Source: Styela clava
Lineage: Eukaryota
Length of the DNA stretch: 64,000 nucleotides
Assembly (NCBI RefSeq): GCF_964204865.1
Contig: NC_135250.1
Location: forward strand, 8,618,001 to 8,682,000
Direction of reading: 5' to 3'
The notes beneath the pieces were generated by a model that did not search any database, was not told where the DNA came from, and saw only the letters and a program-made list of their open reading frames with translations. Each line of letters begins with the position of its first letter. Within the stretch, counting starts at the first letter, position 1. Both the position numbers and the translations under genes were made by a program. Positions 38,801 to 49,641 of the stretch are shown piece after piece.

Positions 38801-41196
38801 TATTTTGTTTACTTTGTTAGAAGGAAATTTGATTGAAAATAGTTTGGCAGTTTTTTGTATAGGGATTTTTGTTTGCCCAGTCTGATTAATTTCAAACACA
38901 AGAACATTTTTATTTTCAAAATGTCGCATTATTATTAATAGAATATTTCTCTTTTCAATATTAGTAATTGAAAATTGTCACTGATTAATACTTACGTTTT
39001 CCCAGTAGAAAAATACTTACTTTCCACATTCATAACATTCCAGCTAAATCACCTGGTTATTCTCCTCGATCCTCGAACTTTGTTGGAATTTCTGCTGCGA
39101 AACCTTTCAGCCCTGGTGGAGGCAACAGACCAAAGTTTCGTCCAATGTCAGCAGCATTTAAGGTATGTTAGGTTAAAGTTTCTACTTTATTACCATCAAG
39201 AATTTTAATTCAATTTTTCAATATTGATCAATCGTAGAACTTTTTGATTAATGATTTTTAGATATTATAGTGTTTTTCTTAAATTCTGTAGCTTTAATTC
39301 AAACAGCTTAGGCTATGCCAGAACTTTACCTTTTAGTTGGGTAATTACCTTTGATTACTGCAATATATTGGCTAGCTGTAGTCAAATTCTGTCGCTGTTA
39401 ATTATTGTACATATGAGCGAGAAAAATGACTACCGAATTGTTATGTTTTTGTTGTAATAAAAGATAATATTTTGAACAATGATAACCATTTCATGATTAG
39501 GCAACAGATAAATTAACTGTAATAGGAAACGCTGTTAATTTTGAGAATGTCTTCTACTTTTGATCTGTCAATATTCTTTAAAATTACTAAATAATACATT
39601 GACTAACCTGATTTGAGCATGAATACTAATCAACTAATACTACAAAGGAGATTACTACTATAATGCTTAGCAAATAACACATTTGCCAATTGATCATTTT
39701 ATTTTCATTGTAAAAGTAAGAAGCGAAAGCGATTCACCCCTAAAGTGATTTATGGGTATTATCCCATTTTCTTGGTGTTGACATGATACGACATTAATGA
39801 ACAGTTGCAAGTCATTCTTCTATAATTATTGCAGCAACAGCGATTTTTATTCTTTTTGACATGAATATTGTGCCGCTAGTTTTTGAAACACCCTTCTCTT
39901 TTTAAAAAAAAGCTTTTGAAACTGTAAAGTAAACTGACATTACGTGTAAAGGATCTCCGATTAAAACTTTTCTAGACTTTTTTTGTACATGAAAATTTGA
40001 CACATACCTATAAATGTATAAATGTATTTGATGATTTATCGGATGAAAAATATTGCATGAAAGAAACAACATCATCGAAGTGTTTTTCGAATGGTATTAA
40101 TGAATAGAATGTTACCTGATTATGACCCTTACCTCATTTTGATTGATGACATTCGTTAACTATAATTTTGTGTGTTTGCAATAACATCTACAGGATGATG
40201 CTAATAATTTCCATCCTAATACTAATTATGATGAGCTTATATGGAATCATGGAAAATATCAAGAAAATAAAACAGGTATAGTACAAAAAATGAAGTTAGT
40301 CCGAAAATTCAACAAATAATTTATTCATTGGATCGCATAGGTTAAGACCTTTTTTTGTTGTATCATTATTTATTGAACCGATGTTTTCTAAATTCAAAAT
40401 CATATTATATTAAAAATTAATGCTTTCTGATTGATTCAGTGAGTTGACTTATTTTGATGACTGTTCGTGCCCGCTTCGCTAATTAATCTCTGCGAAGCAT
40501 GAGCTTGTGATTTGCGCTATCGTTACGTTATTTATGGGCTGGAATCACATTTATTGCTTGATATTTGATTTTGAACAAAATTAAAGAAACAAAAATTATA
40601 ATGAAAACTAAATTTTTCCGATTATTGCTTACTTTTTGATGCCAAGTTTAATGATCATCTCTGATTAATCATTTGCAACTTTGTTTAAAGCAAACTCAAG
40701 CGAACGATAATGTTAGTTACTGCTGTATTGTGAAAAATTTCAACTGCCACTACTTTATCACTAATTTTAAGATGTTCTTTATGTTTCGAGTTTTGATAAT
40801 GCAGAAATTAGTAAATTTGCTTATGTGAATTTAAACTACTATTACCAGTAGTTTCCCAATAGATCAATGATTTATGAAGTGTGATTTTGACTGAGAAAGT
40901 TTTTAGCACTGGAATACATTTCTGATTTGAGTGCCCTGGATACCTATTGCTGTTTCGAGACTAAATGATCGCCTTACCTTTTTCTTGTTTTTAAACTAAT
41001 AGCATGGGTGGATAAATCTATTCTCCTGATTTATCTAAATTTCAAACTGTGGTGAATATTTCTACTTCTTTCAACTTAAATATATCATTAGTTAATCGTA
41101 TAATTGTGAGTATATTTTCTCTTTTATCATAACTCGCCATTATTTATAAATATTCCATTACAGGGTAGCAGAATGGAAAAGTCAAGCACCCCCTAA
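11832..41196 (+). CDS. COBL: Cordon-bleu (COBL/COBLL1)-like protein, ~26 coding exons, ~1307 aa
   Basis: Phase-consistent exons: 11832-11866 (MESVLEIANHQ, least certain), 20388-20471, 20559-20669, 21189-21393, 22270-22504, 23476-23556, 25167-25258, 25868-25935, 26730-26853, 27739-27810, 28615-28654, 29487-29576 (cassette?), 30114-30208, 31054-31135, 31784-31927, 32504-32824, 33289-33410, 33909-34064, 35117-35390, 36005-36135, 36846-36981, 37327-37403, 37523-37961, 38131-38688, 39044-39162, 41164-41196; total 3924 nt. Cobl-homology domain: PLMDLRMQLCAKYKLSPSSY...QTVRLTIRMSQSHKQVLRVRPNTSL...LDTSRSLDDYKIREIF. KRAP motifs: KKRAAPRPP, KKKKAP, KKKAPPPP. Other Cobl-family motifs: KSFFRLSRK, KPGAKTFTFVP, SGYVASAAMKR. 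Confidence 0.85.
11938..12446. mobile_element. hAT-type MITE with subterminal GCGGGAC repeats
   Basis: TIRs tagggttaccata / tacggtaagccca. Perfect 8-bp TSD ggcatagc (11930-11937 and 12447-12454). Multiple (aaa)gcgggac motifs near both ends. Confidence 0.85.
13069..13410 (+). mobile_element. tRNA-derived SINE, full-length copy
   Basis: GGCGGTGTGGCGCATCGTGCTAAGCG head, B-box-like GGTTAGAATCCC (13145-13156), body matching the reverse complement of 5193-5541, tail tactatccta. Confidence 0.85.
17007..17097. mobile_element. Short degenerate MITE
   Basis: Imperfect TIRs caggagcgtaga / tctactccccta around a G-rich/C-rich core. TSD only partial (ctca). Confidence 0.35.
19121..19422 (+). mobile_element. 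Non-autonomous Helentron (HINE / DINE-1-like) element
   Basis: 5' subTIR acttatcgat (19123-19132), nearby partial IR atcgctaagt, gtct/gttt microsatellite, 3' subTIR atcgataagt (19386-19395), then hairpin tcggtc-tct-gaccga (19398-19412) and TT ends. No TSD. Confidence 0.7.
20770..21003. mobile_element. hAT/Charlie-type MITE (family B)
   Basis: TIRs cagtggttctcaaa / tttgagaaccactg. Related copy in opposite orientation at 30584-30808. TSD not conserved. Confidence 0.75.
25615..25758 (-). mobile_element. tRNA-SINE, 5'-truncated copy
   Basis: catatttat...gggagaggaaag...ggcttaatcatgtggcgaaccac...gttatttgttttc...catggacttg matches the 3' half of the 5193 and 13069 copies. Confidence 0.75.
27146..27445. 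mobile_element. hAT/Charlie-type MITE
   Basis: Ends tagggtggtc / gaacaccctg, internal gcgggcc/ggcccgc motifs, 8-bp TSD ccctatgc / ctctatgc. Confidence 0.7.
30584..30808. mobile_element. hAT/Charlie-type MITE (family B), inverted relative to the 20770 copy
   Basis: ctgtggttcttaaactttttaagccacgccccc matches the reverse complement of 20971-21003 with three mismatches. Other end is tttgaaaaccact. Confidence 0.7.
31289..31457. mobile_element. hAT-type MITE
   Basis: TIRs cagtggtgggattca / tgaatctcaccactg. Perfect 8-bp TSD gatatagg (31281-31288, 31458-31465). Internal aaccgg repeats. Confidence 0.88.
34697..35008. mobile_element. hAT/Charlie-type MITE
   Basis: Ends cagggatgtgcaac / gttgcacaccccca, internal gcggcccgc motifs, TSD gtttacag / gtttacat. 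Confidence 0.75.
35750..35860. mobile_element. Merlin-like palindromic MITE
   Basis: ~43-bp imperfect inverted arms starting GG (ggtgctccagaagtatgcacaccaagatg... / ...catcttggtgcgcatacttctagagatcc). Perfect 8-bp TSD cataagga. Confidence 0.85.
36245..36378. mobile_element. Merlin-like MITE, related family
   Basis: TIRs ggtacttccaaagtatgtgtacca / tggtacacatacttctggatcgcc. Perfect 8-bp TSD aaattttc (36237-36244, 36379-36386). Confidence 0.82.
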
Positions 41197-43662
41197 TGTC
41201 CTGACCTTTGACTTGTGAAGGAATGATGGATTTGTCGAAGTTGTTTCTTATATTATTCACCTAATCATTAAATCATCTCTTTCATATTTTGCCTTTATTA
41301 CAATCAGAAGTTATTGTTCTGAAATTGATTATCATAGCGTAGATAGAATTATGGTTTATTGTAATTTCTTCTGTTATTCTTTTATTACTTCGTTAAGTTT
41401 GCTCACAGTCACCGAATATGAGCAAAAGCTTAAAATAGAATCTTTTTTATTTTACATTTACCAAATTTGAGATTAACAACTAGATATTGATTTAGTATAA
41501 ACATAATTTTAATTACCTAAAAAGAATTCAATAATCTAATTGCCTGACAGATTTTTTCTTGATTTTTCTGTAGTATTGTTTTTGTTTCAATATATTTGAT
41601 CGCATTAAAAAGATGTTTTATTAGCATTAACGGTACAATGTTTTTAATTTTTTTTTATCAAATTATTTGGCTGTGCCAAGTGCTTTTGTTGTACTTCTGG
41701 GTGAATTTGATTTCTTGTCCCCGACTTTAACCAAAAACATTATCACACTCCAAGACTCCAGGTACTTTTTATGGTTTAAAATTCCTGACATTTCTGAACA
41801 TATCCGAATTTCGGACTGATTATGAAACAAGTGTTTCACATTCCAGTGTATGCAAGCGCCAATAGTTTGTCAAATCTTGTTTTTTGATCAAATATAAATG
41901 CTGTATAAGAAAAGAATAGTTTTGCCTCATCATACTGTATTTAGAAATCATTTTTACAGTTATTTTCCAATTTGAAATTGATCTTTCCATAGCAAATCTG
42001 GATATATGTTCAAATTTTATGGTGTATAACAAACATCTGTGAAGTAATTTTGGTTAAATGGAAATCAAAAAACCCTTTTTGTAAAATTATTATTTGAACT
42101 TTAATTCCAACTAATTCATTAATAGTACTGGGTTACCGAACATTTGTCAGAAAAATAATTGTTTTACATTTGTGATTATTTTTGAGATAGCAGCAGATTT
42201 CAGTTTCTTTATTAAGTTTACATCCTATATATACCTTGATCTCCAGAGCACTGCAAAAATACCATTCTTCGAACTACAAGATACATCCTAATTAAATGGT
42301 TAAATTTGACTAACACTATTTGATGTAATGAAGAACAATATGTCTGACAGTCCACATCCTTGTCTAACACTTGACATATTGATATTTTTGTAAATTGGAC
42401 AATTTCGATCATGTATTTGGCAAATATTTTATTTTCGGTCTTCTAACATTGCCAAGGTAATATATATTCACTACTTTAACTATTATTTTTATTAATTTTT
42501 CATATAAATTGCCTCATGACTGTGTATCTATAATACACCAGAATAGCAATCCTTATTATCGTACTAATTTTGTAAAAGTTAAAATCTTTTTAGGTTCTGT
42601 TGGTGCTATCTTAACAGGTGCTTTATAAGTTTATTTCAGTTTCAATTTGAGGGCAGCAATCGTGACATGGGTTTAGCCCCTTCCAGCAGTTTCAGGCTGC
42701 TTTGTTTGTGACCCATCACCTGAACAAGAAATAAACTTCTTGAAATGTTGACTATCCCAGCAATGGTTGTTTCAATCTTTTTCAACCTATTGACAAGTAT
42801 TTCTTTCATTCCATGACGCTTGGTTCAAGTTCCCGCTAAGTATTATTAATTTTACAAAATATAATTCCGAATTTGTTCGAAAATTGTGTCTCATATTGCA
42901 GTATATTATTTTATAATTTTAATTATTATTTAATGAACGTGCTTTTCATTGTTTCTCCAAAAACCTAATTTCTGTAATATTATCACATGATTAAGATTTA
43001 TGGAAGTGTATGTTTTGGTGCAATAAATTACCTGACTTAATCAATCCGTTGGTGCAATATTTTGGGATTCAAAGTACATTTTTGATCAATCAACCTTTAA
43101 AGCTTTGCCGACGTTTTTAGTGGAAGTCTTTGTATTCGGCAATTATTTTAGTCGGGTCTGCTAACACTCAACTGGCCCCTATTGATAGAGAGTTCGTATG
43201 GGCTAGTTAGACTTGTGGGTGAATTGAAATCGAAAGATATAATGACGAAGTAGTTTGGGATACGAAAATCTGTCGATGTTCGGTTATCTGCTGGAATATC
43301 AACATTCCCTGAAAGTCATTGGATGTGCGCTCTGAAGTAGCAAACTGTTCAGAACTTCTTTATGTGGGAAGCAAAATGCATAAAATGAATGAATATTACA
43401 CAACTTTGTGTGGTTACTGATTATATGGAGGGGTGGTAGACCAATGCTGTCCATACTTTTGTCAAGGGAATCTTGTGGTCCGGTCACGTCATGGACAAGT
43501 TCGTGATATCTATATTAGGTTTGATTTGACTTCGACCAATGAGTAGGCTATATATGATCACTGCGTCGACGGACAATATACCTTCTGTACGTAATCGTGT
43601 TGCCATGAATATATTACTTTCATTAAGCGAAGTGATCGTGGTAATTTCGGAGCTATGTAATG

Positions 43663-43803
43663 ATAGTCAATAGTCAATTTTATTTTTTCCAACCAGCAAA
43701 AAAATAACATACAAAATCAAAAGATAAACAAAATTTAACACACATTTTTACTGGGGAAGGGAAGCCGCGGGGAACCAAATTTGGTTATCGAGCAGCGACA
43801 CCC
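43663..43803 (-). mobile_element. Probable LINE/SINE 3' tail fragment
   Basis: Minus strand shows a GC-rich segment, then a T-rich stretch, then AATAAA followed by a (ttgacta)2 tandem tail. This is typical of truncated CR1/L2-type 3' ends. Confidence 0.4.
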
Positions 43804-45329
43804 AAATGATATGATGATATGATTTTAGAATCACGGGTAGGGCAACATGAAGCCACAAACAGACAAAATATACAACGCAATGTTTTGTGCATATAACGTA
43901 GCCTACGTATCGCTCAAATATATATTTCCCGTAATTACAGACCTGAACTTGTTATCAGTTTAAAGTTAAGCTTACTATGATCAAATTAGTTTTATGTGCG
44001 AATTCTTCGATTATGCATCTATCGTTTGTTCAAGCACTTCTCGCCTACTTGATGAAAATGGGTCGTTGCCAGCCTAAGAACTCATTAACGATCTTCGTCC
44101 GCAACATACATACATGCCTTGCTTGATTCTTCTGGTAATAAACAATGCGATTGCGTCTGGTCGTCTCGTCGAATAATCACGTTCAGCTGCTAGGTATACA
44201 TTGTCGTAAGAACGTGGTTGTTCGAGTGTTTCAAATAGTGTTAGAAAACACGGGTTGAGACAAGGTAGATTCAACCAAGATAAAATTCAAAACTTAGAAT
44301 TAAATATTTATAGATATAAAATGAACTTAACTGGCAAGAACAAAGTAGACCTTGCCTATGTCATCTGTCTCGTTTATTTTCTCAATCCACTTTCAACCGG
44401 CAATTTGGTTAGTAGTTAATTTTTTTCAATTGTGAAATTTGCACAAAAGTACTTCATAGTCCCTTCTTCACTAAAATCAATGGGGTATATATGCTCATTG
44501 CTAAAACCATAGATATCGGGTGATATTCGGGGGCTTTTTACGGTGAGTAACAAAGGGCTACAGTGTAGGAGCTGGAGTCGCATTTTCACATTTATAGAAT
44601 TCAGCATTATTGGATTTCGATTTCATGAAACCGCTTTACTACCTTCAAATAGTTGTAGCCTACCATGTTCAGTTACTTTTTACGCTAAGTCTGAACCAGC
44701 GTTGCAGGTGTCGCCACGTGAAGACCTATCGGGGCCCCCGCGACTCCGTTCACACAATTAACGTTAACTAATTTCTTTGCACTATTTTTTGAGATGAACA
44801 ATAAGCGACAACTGGCTAGCTTGGTCACGTTACTACGTATGTCTCTATGTTACGGAACTGTTTATGAACGCAGGCAGAATCGGTGTCATAACTTCTTTAT
44901 GTATAAATTCAGATATGTTTTTTTTTAATTAAACCCATTTATTGTTGTTTAATCACAGAATTGGGGAATCTTCATGCACCCAATTCTGGCAACTTTGGTT
45001 GGGCAACTTGGCATTTGACTCCAACTATAATCAGCTTGGCAATATGTTTTCAATCGAATCTCCCTTCTATATTTTAATTAACGATTAAATGATCGATCAA
45101 TTTGACAATGGCAACCATTACAAAATTATCAATATGGTGTGGCAAATAATTTTTTTCTTTTTCTAGTATTTATTTTTTTTTTTGTTTTGTTTACTGTATA
45201 GTATACCCTAAATTTATCGCGTTTTATTCTTACTTAAATAACTTCTCAGTGATTGAGTGTGTGTGGCTGGTGGGTGCATGTGAGCGTGTGTGAAATAACT
45301 TAATAATTTTAGGTGAGTAAACACGTACC

Positions 45330-45497
45330 ACTTCCTCTTGGCAAAACCTCCCATCTTATATTTTGTACGTTATAAACCTTATCTAAGGTTTCGTTTGCTC
45401 CCCTGATTTCATAATCAGTTTTTATTTATTTGTTTTTATCTGTCAAATGTATTGTTATGCTGATTATGGAGTCGAAATAAACTTATTATTATTATTA
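45330..45497 (+). mobile_element. Probable LINE/SINE 3' tail fragment
   Basis: T-rich stretch ending gaaataaac followed by a (tta)n tail. Confidence 0.3.
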
Positions 45498-46258
45498 ATT
45501 ACCGGATTGAAGAGTTCACAGTCTGACAGTGGTCAGTGGTGATATCACGTTTTCTAGTTTTTAATTTGATTTCCATTCTTGGAACAGCATGTATATTTCT
45601 GTGTGTTCGAGGACTATAATAAACTTCAAATTTCAGTGCATTTTTCTTTTCTGGCCAAAAAACAGTTACAGCTTTAGTCTATGTAAATGGGATATTTGCT
45701 TGCTTTTGCTAGATCCTGTAGTACCGTACGGTATTCCCCTATTTTTCTACTTGTTATTCTATCACTTTTGAACCTAATTTAACATAAGTCCAACAGAGAT
45801 GATCATCTGTACAGTATGTGAGCAAATTAATAAAATTCGATTATTAACATTATCAGTAGTCATCTATATATCCAGTATACATGTATATCAATATCAGTAG
45901 GCTATATGTTTTTCTTGTATGTCTATTTGCCTCTAAAAAGTTGAACTGATCAGCCAAAGTGGAAAAAAAGTCTTGGATCATCATGATAATCTTAGAGCTG
46001 TTTTACCTATTTTACGATTCTAATATGTGGATACATAACTTATATAATTTTATCCCACTTTATATTCTAATCAAAATAATTCTTTGTAATATGGAATACT
46101 TCAATCATAACAAAAAATTTATATTCTGCCGAAGGGAAGCTTTCAAAAAGTTATCAAATACTATAATAATTGTATTAACTTCCACAGACCTAATGGTTCA
46201 TATTCTTATGTCATTATTTGATTTCTCAGAGAAACTATATCCTAGAGGTGACAGTAAA

Positions 46259-47077
46259 ATGGAGGTCAGTTCTGACAGTGAGATGGACTCCATCGAAAAC
46301 TCACTTCTTAGTCGATTTCAAGCAATGGGAACCACAGATAAGGATGTTCTGATTTCTCAGTTTCAAAGCCTTTTAGGATTTCAGTTAAATCCCGCTGGAT
46401 GTGCATTTTTTCTTGACATGACGAACTGGAATTTGCAGTCCGCAATTGGAGCATATTATGATTTTGAAGGTGCTCCGCAAAGTAAGTTGCCATCAATGAC
46501 ATTTATACTTGATGTTACAGTCGGTGAGGGCGAGTCCGTACCTCCAAATACAACATTTGTTAAAACATGGCGAGTGCAAAATTCCGGGAAAGAGGAATGG
46601 CCACCGGGGTGTAGTCTTCGATTTTTAGGCGGAGAAAAAATGGGAACAATTGATTCAGTTTCAGTTCCAACAGTACCTGCCGGACAAACAACAGACATTT
46701 CAATTAATTTAAGAAGTCCGGTGGAACCCGGTGTATATCAAGGGAGATGGAGAATGTATAACACCACAGGGACTCCTTTTGGTGATATTATATGGGTCAT
46801 AATATCAGTTAAACAAGATGGACTTCTGGACATCACACAACAAATTTCAAGAGTTAGCTGTGACTTTGGGGAGGGTGCTTCGGTTGGGAAGAATGACCAA
46901 TTTTCATCTCAAAATATGAATTCGATGGAAACCTCACCAGAAGATGACATGGCTTGTGATGATCCTCTGAATGGATTAGACTATTACAATGCAAAATTAA
47001 GCCTAAAAACATTATGTCATGCGAAAGCGCTCCTAACAAGTAAAACTAATCAATATTATGGTGCCACCAAGGTATAA
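46259..47077 (+). CDS. ILRUN: ILRUN (C6orf106): UBA-like plus NBR1-like FW domain protein, intronless, 272 aa
   Basis: LLSRFQAMGTTDKDVLISQFQSLLGFQLNPAGCAFFLDMTNWNLQSAIGAYYDF (UBA-like) and DVTVGEGESVPPNTTFVKTWRVQNSG..WPPG...PGVYQGRWRM...FGDIIWVII (NBR1 FW). Acceptor atttctcag at 46229, 29 nt before ATG 46259. Confidence 0.93.
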   Translation: MEVSSDSEMDSIENSLLSRFQAMGTTDKDVLISQFQSLLGFQLNPAGCAFFLDMTNWNLQSAIGAYYDFEGAPQSKLPSMTFILDVTVGEGESVPPNTTFVKTWRVQNSGKEEWPPGCSLRFLGGEKMGTIDSVSVPTVPAGQTTDISINLRSPVEPGVYQGRWRMYNTTGTPFGDIIWVIISVKQDGLLDITQQISRVSCDFGEGASVGKNDQFSSQNMNSMETSPEDDMACDDPLNGLDYYNAKLSLKTLCHAKALLTSKTNQYYGATKV

Positions 47078-49217
47078 CAACTTTGATCATAAACTTTTTT
47101 ATATAATTAATATTTATTTAATTTATTCGGATCCTTCCACTGCAACATCTTGGTTGTGTACAGTTAATTGTAAAAGTAATGTTTATTTAATGTTTTTGTT
47201 TTGTATATTTTTTCATAACCAGTTTGTGACTAGGATTTGGATGCTGGACTATTTTTTTCGGGATATCTTGCAACCCTGCATTCATCAGTACTTTTTTTTA
47301 TGTTGTCTGCTATTTGTATAAAACCCCATTATTTGTATTACTGGTAGTTCTCCATCTGTCAAATCATCACACAAACGCTGATGTGAACTCATTTAACGAG
47401 GGTGCAAAATTCACAAATATTACAATGCTCTACAATCCACACCCTCACTCTTTGATTTAAACTTGAATATAATAATCCATATGAAATTGTAAAGGATGCT
47501 ATTTGTTGTGCTTAATTTTATTAAAGGATCATATTAAAAGTCAGTTTCTCTGTTTGTCACAACTACTCTAACACGCAAGTTATAACTAGGAGTGTGCATG
47601 TCTTTTACTCTGTTTTGTAAAAGTTAAATATATTCTGATTTAATAAGGGAGATTAAATTTACTTTTTTACTCGAGGCTAACCCCATATGACAACTCACGT
47701 GACCAGTTCAAATTTGCTTGTTGCTGCTTTTTTGTTATGCTTTCACATCTTCAAGTTTTCAAATGCATGGATTTAAATGATGGAACTATAACAACCAACC
47801 TATGTGGATTCGAAAATTGTTTCAAATTGAAACAAAATATAGGCTTCCTGCCCATAATCTATGTTGGTTTTTAAATTCATAGCAGAGTGGTGCTGTTTGA
47901 TGAGTCCATTTCCTTTTCTATATTGGCCCGATCTAAAAAGCGGTAGGCAAAATCAAGTGCTCTGTTCGTTTCCTCTTGATAATCATCATATATTGAAGTT
48001 TGGTGCACATGGAATTCATAACTTACCTTTTCTGTCCTCGACCATATTCTTGGTAACATTGTGGTACCCAAATTAAAAACTGAAAATTTGTGTTGTGTTG
48101 TTTGATTGGTAATATATTTGTAGGACTTGATTGGCAATGTGCAATTTTTCATTTCAAGAGATTTATGATGTGACACTGGAACTCCATTAATAAATCTAAC
48201 ATTTCTTTGTGAATATTTTTATCAAATTTTAGAAGCTATTGTAAATTTATATTTTTAGACATATTGAAGTATGTTTAGCATAAATTTATTAGATATTTTA
48301 TCTAATTGGTTTCAAACAATAAATGAAGTCTGCATGAACAACTTATTTTCAAATCAAAATGCGGTTTTTGACGTATTGAAAACTAGATTTGTGATATCTA
48401 TATTTACCATTTGAATTTCCTATATACAACCATTTTGAAAGAACATTTTAAACTGGATATGTTTCACTGTCCTGTGAATTGCTGAGCTATGGGATTTTCT
48501 ACTTGTTTAGTACCTATGGGCTTTAACCCATAAATTTCTTGTGATAGGTTCTTAGTATTTTCTTGCACAGTTGTTTTACCGATTCCATACTGGTATATCA
48601 AATTTTGGTCTAGCCTTGTATTCTTGACACCATAATATTCGCAAATTTCTACAATGTCTGAAAAATATATAATTACAAGCATTTCACTCTTTTGTATCCT
48701 GTGTGTTGGTTAAAATTTAAACAATCATAAACATCTGTGGAAATTGAAGACATTTAGATCTGCTGTCCAATCAAAATATGATCGGAAAGCTATAAAATTG
48801 TGAAAAAACTTATCGCTGGAAAAGAATGAAAATAGCGCAAGAAAAATATTGATTCAAATTAGCAATCACAGTATAAGTTAGAGGACATTCTCGCAAAACA
48901 AATTAGGAGACAGGCGAAACTTAAATTCCCGAATGGAAGCCAAAGTTTTTTTAAATTCCGAGTCAAATGTATATCTCAACCGACTCCACCTCCTTGGTAG
49001 TTAATTACTATAGTCCAAAAATGTTATTGATAATTATCGAAAAATAAATATACCACCTGTACGTTTGTTTGTTCACAACCTCACCTCCGTTCAATGAGGC
49101 GGTCTAATAATACACAAGCAGTGTTATCCAATAGGAGAATCTTTGGAAAACGGAGTATTCGAATTTCATCGGACCAAAGAAGTGTTAGTATAAAGTACAG
49201 AGTACACACGATGACTA

Positions 49218-49433
49218 AGCGGTATGGCGTCTCGTGTCGAGCGTTAGAAATACGCTTAAAATCACACCTCTGACAACCCTGCTGCAGCTCGCGGAATCGA
49301 ATCCCGCTGGGAGATAATCATGCGCGAGAGGATTGCTAGAGATAGACTCCTTGCCGTCGCATGGCGATTGAACGGTTACGGCTTCCACTATCATGATATC
49401 GATGCATATGAATCAAATAACTGGCTAACTAAT
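49218..49433 (+). mobile_element. tRNA-SINE, diverged 3'-truncated copy
   Basis: gcggtatggcgtctcgtg..agcgttagaaatacgc...tcgaatccc...gcgagaggattgct...caaataactggctaactaat matches the 13069 copy. Confidence 0.75.
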
Positions 49434-49561
49434 GTAGAATAGGATTGTAGTATTTCTTGAAGTAATCGCGAGGTACGATTCGTGTGAGTTTCAAATAATT
49501 TTATGACGCTAGCCTTTTCAGTAACGGGAGAGCGCATTTTAGCAACAACAACAAAAAATTT

Positions 49562-49641
49562 GGTACTCCTGAAGTATGCGCACCAAGATGTTGCACAACC
49601 TGAACCCTAACCTGGTATACAAGCTGAGTTCAGGTTTTGCG
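49562..49641. mobile_element. Merlin-like MITE, truncated copy
   Basis: ggtactcctgaagtatgcgcaccaagatgttgcacaacctgaaccctaacctggta matches the left arm and core of 35750-35860. Confidence 0.7.

Noticed and set aside
43299-43487. Possible LINE ORF2 C-terminal remnant (SIGLPPLHI)
   Set aside because: Similarity too weak to call without a search.
45959-46258. 100-aa hydrophobic N-terminal extension of ILRUN in the ORF track
   Set aside because: Non-ATG start, AT-rich intron-like composition, and a clear acceptor at 46229. Homology begins at ATG 46259.
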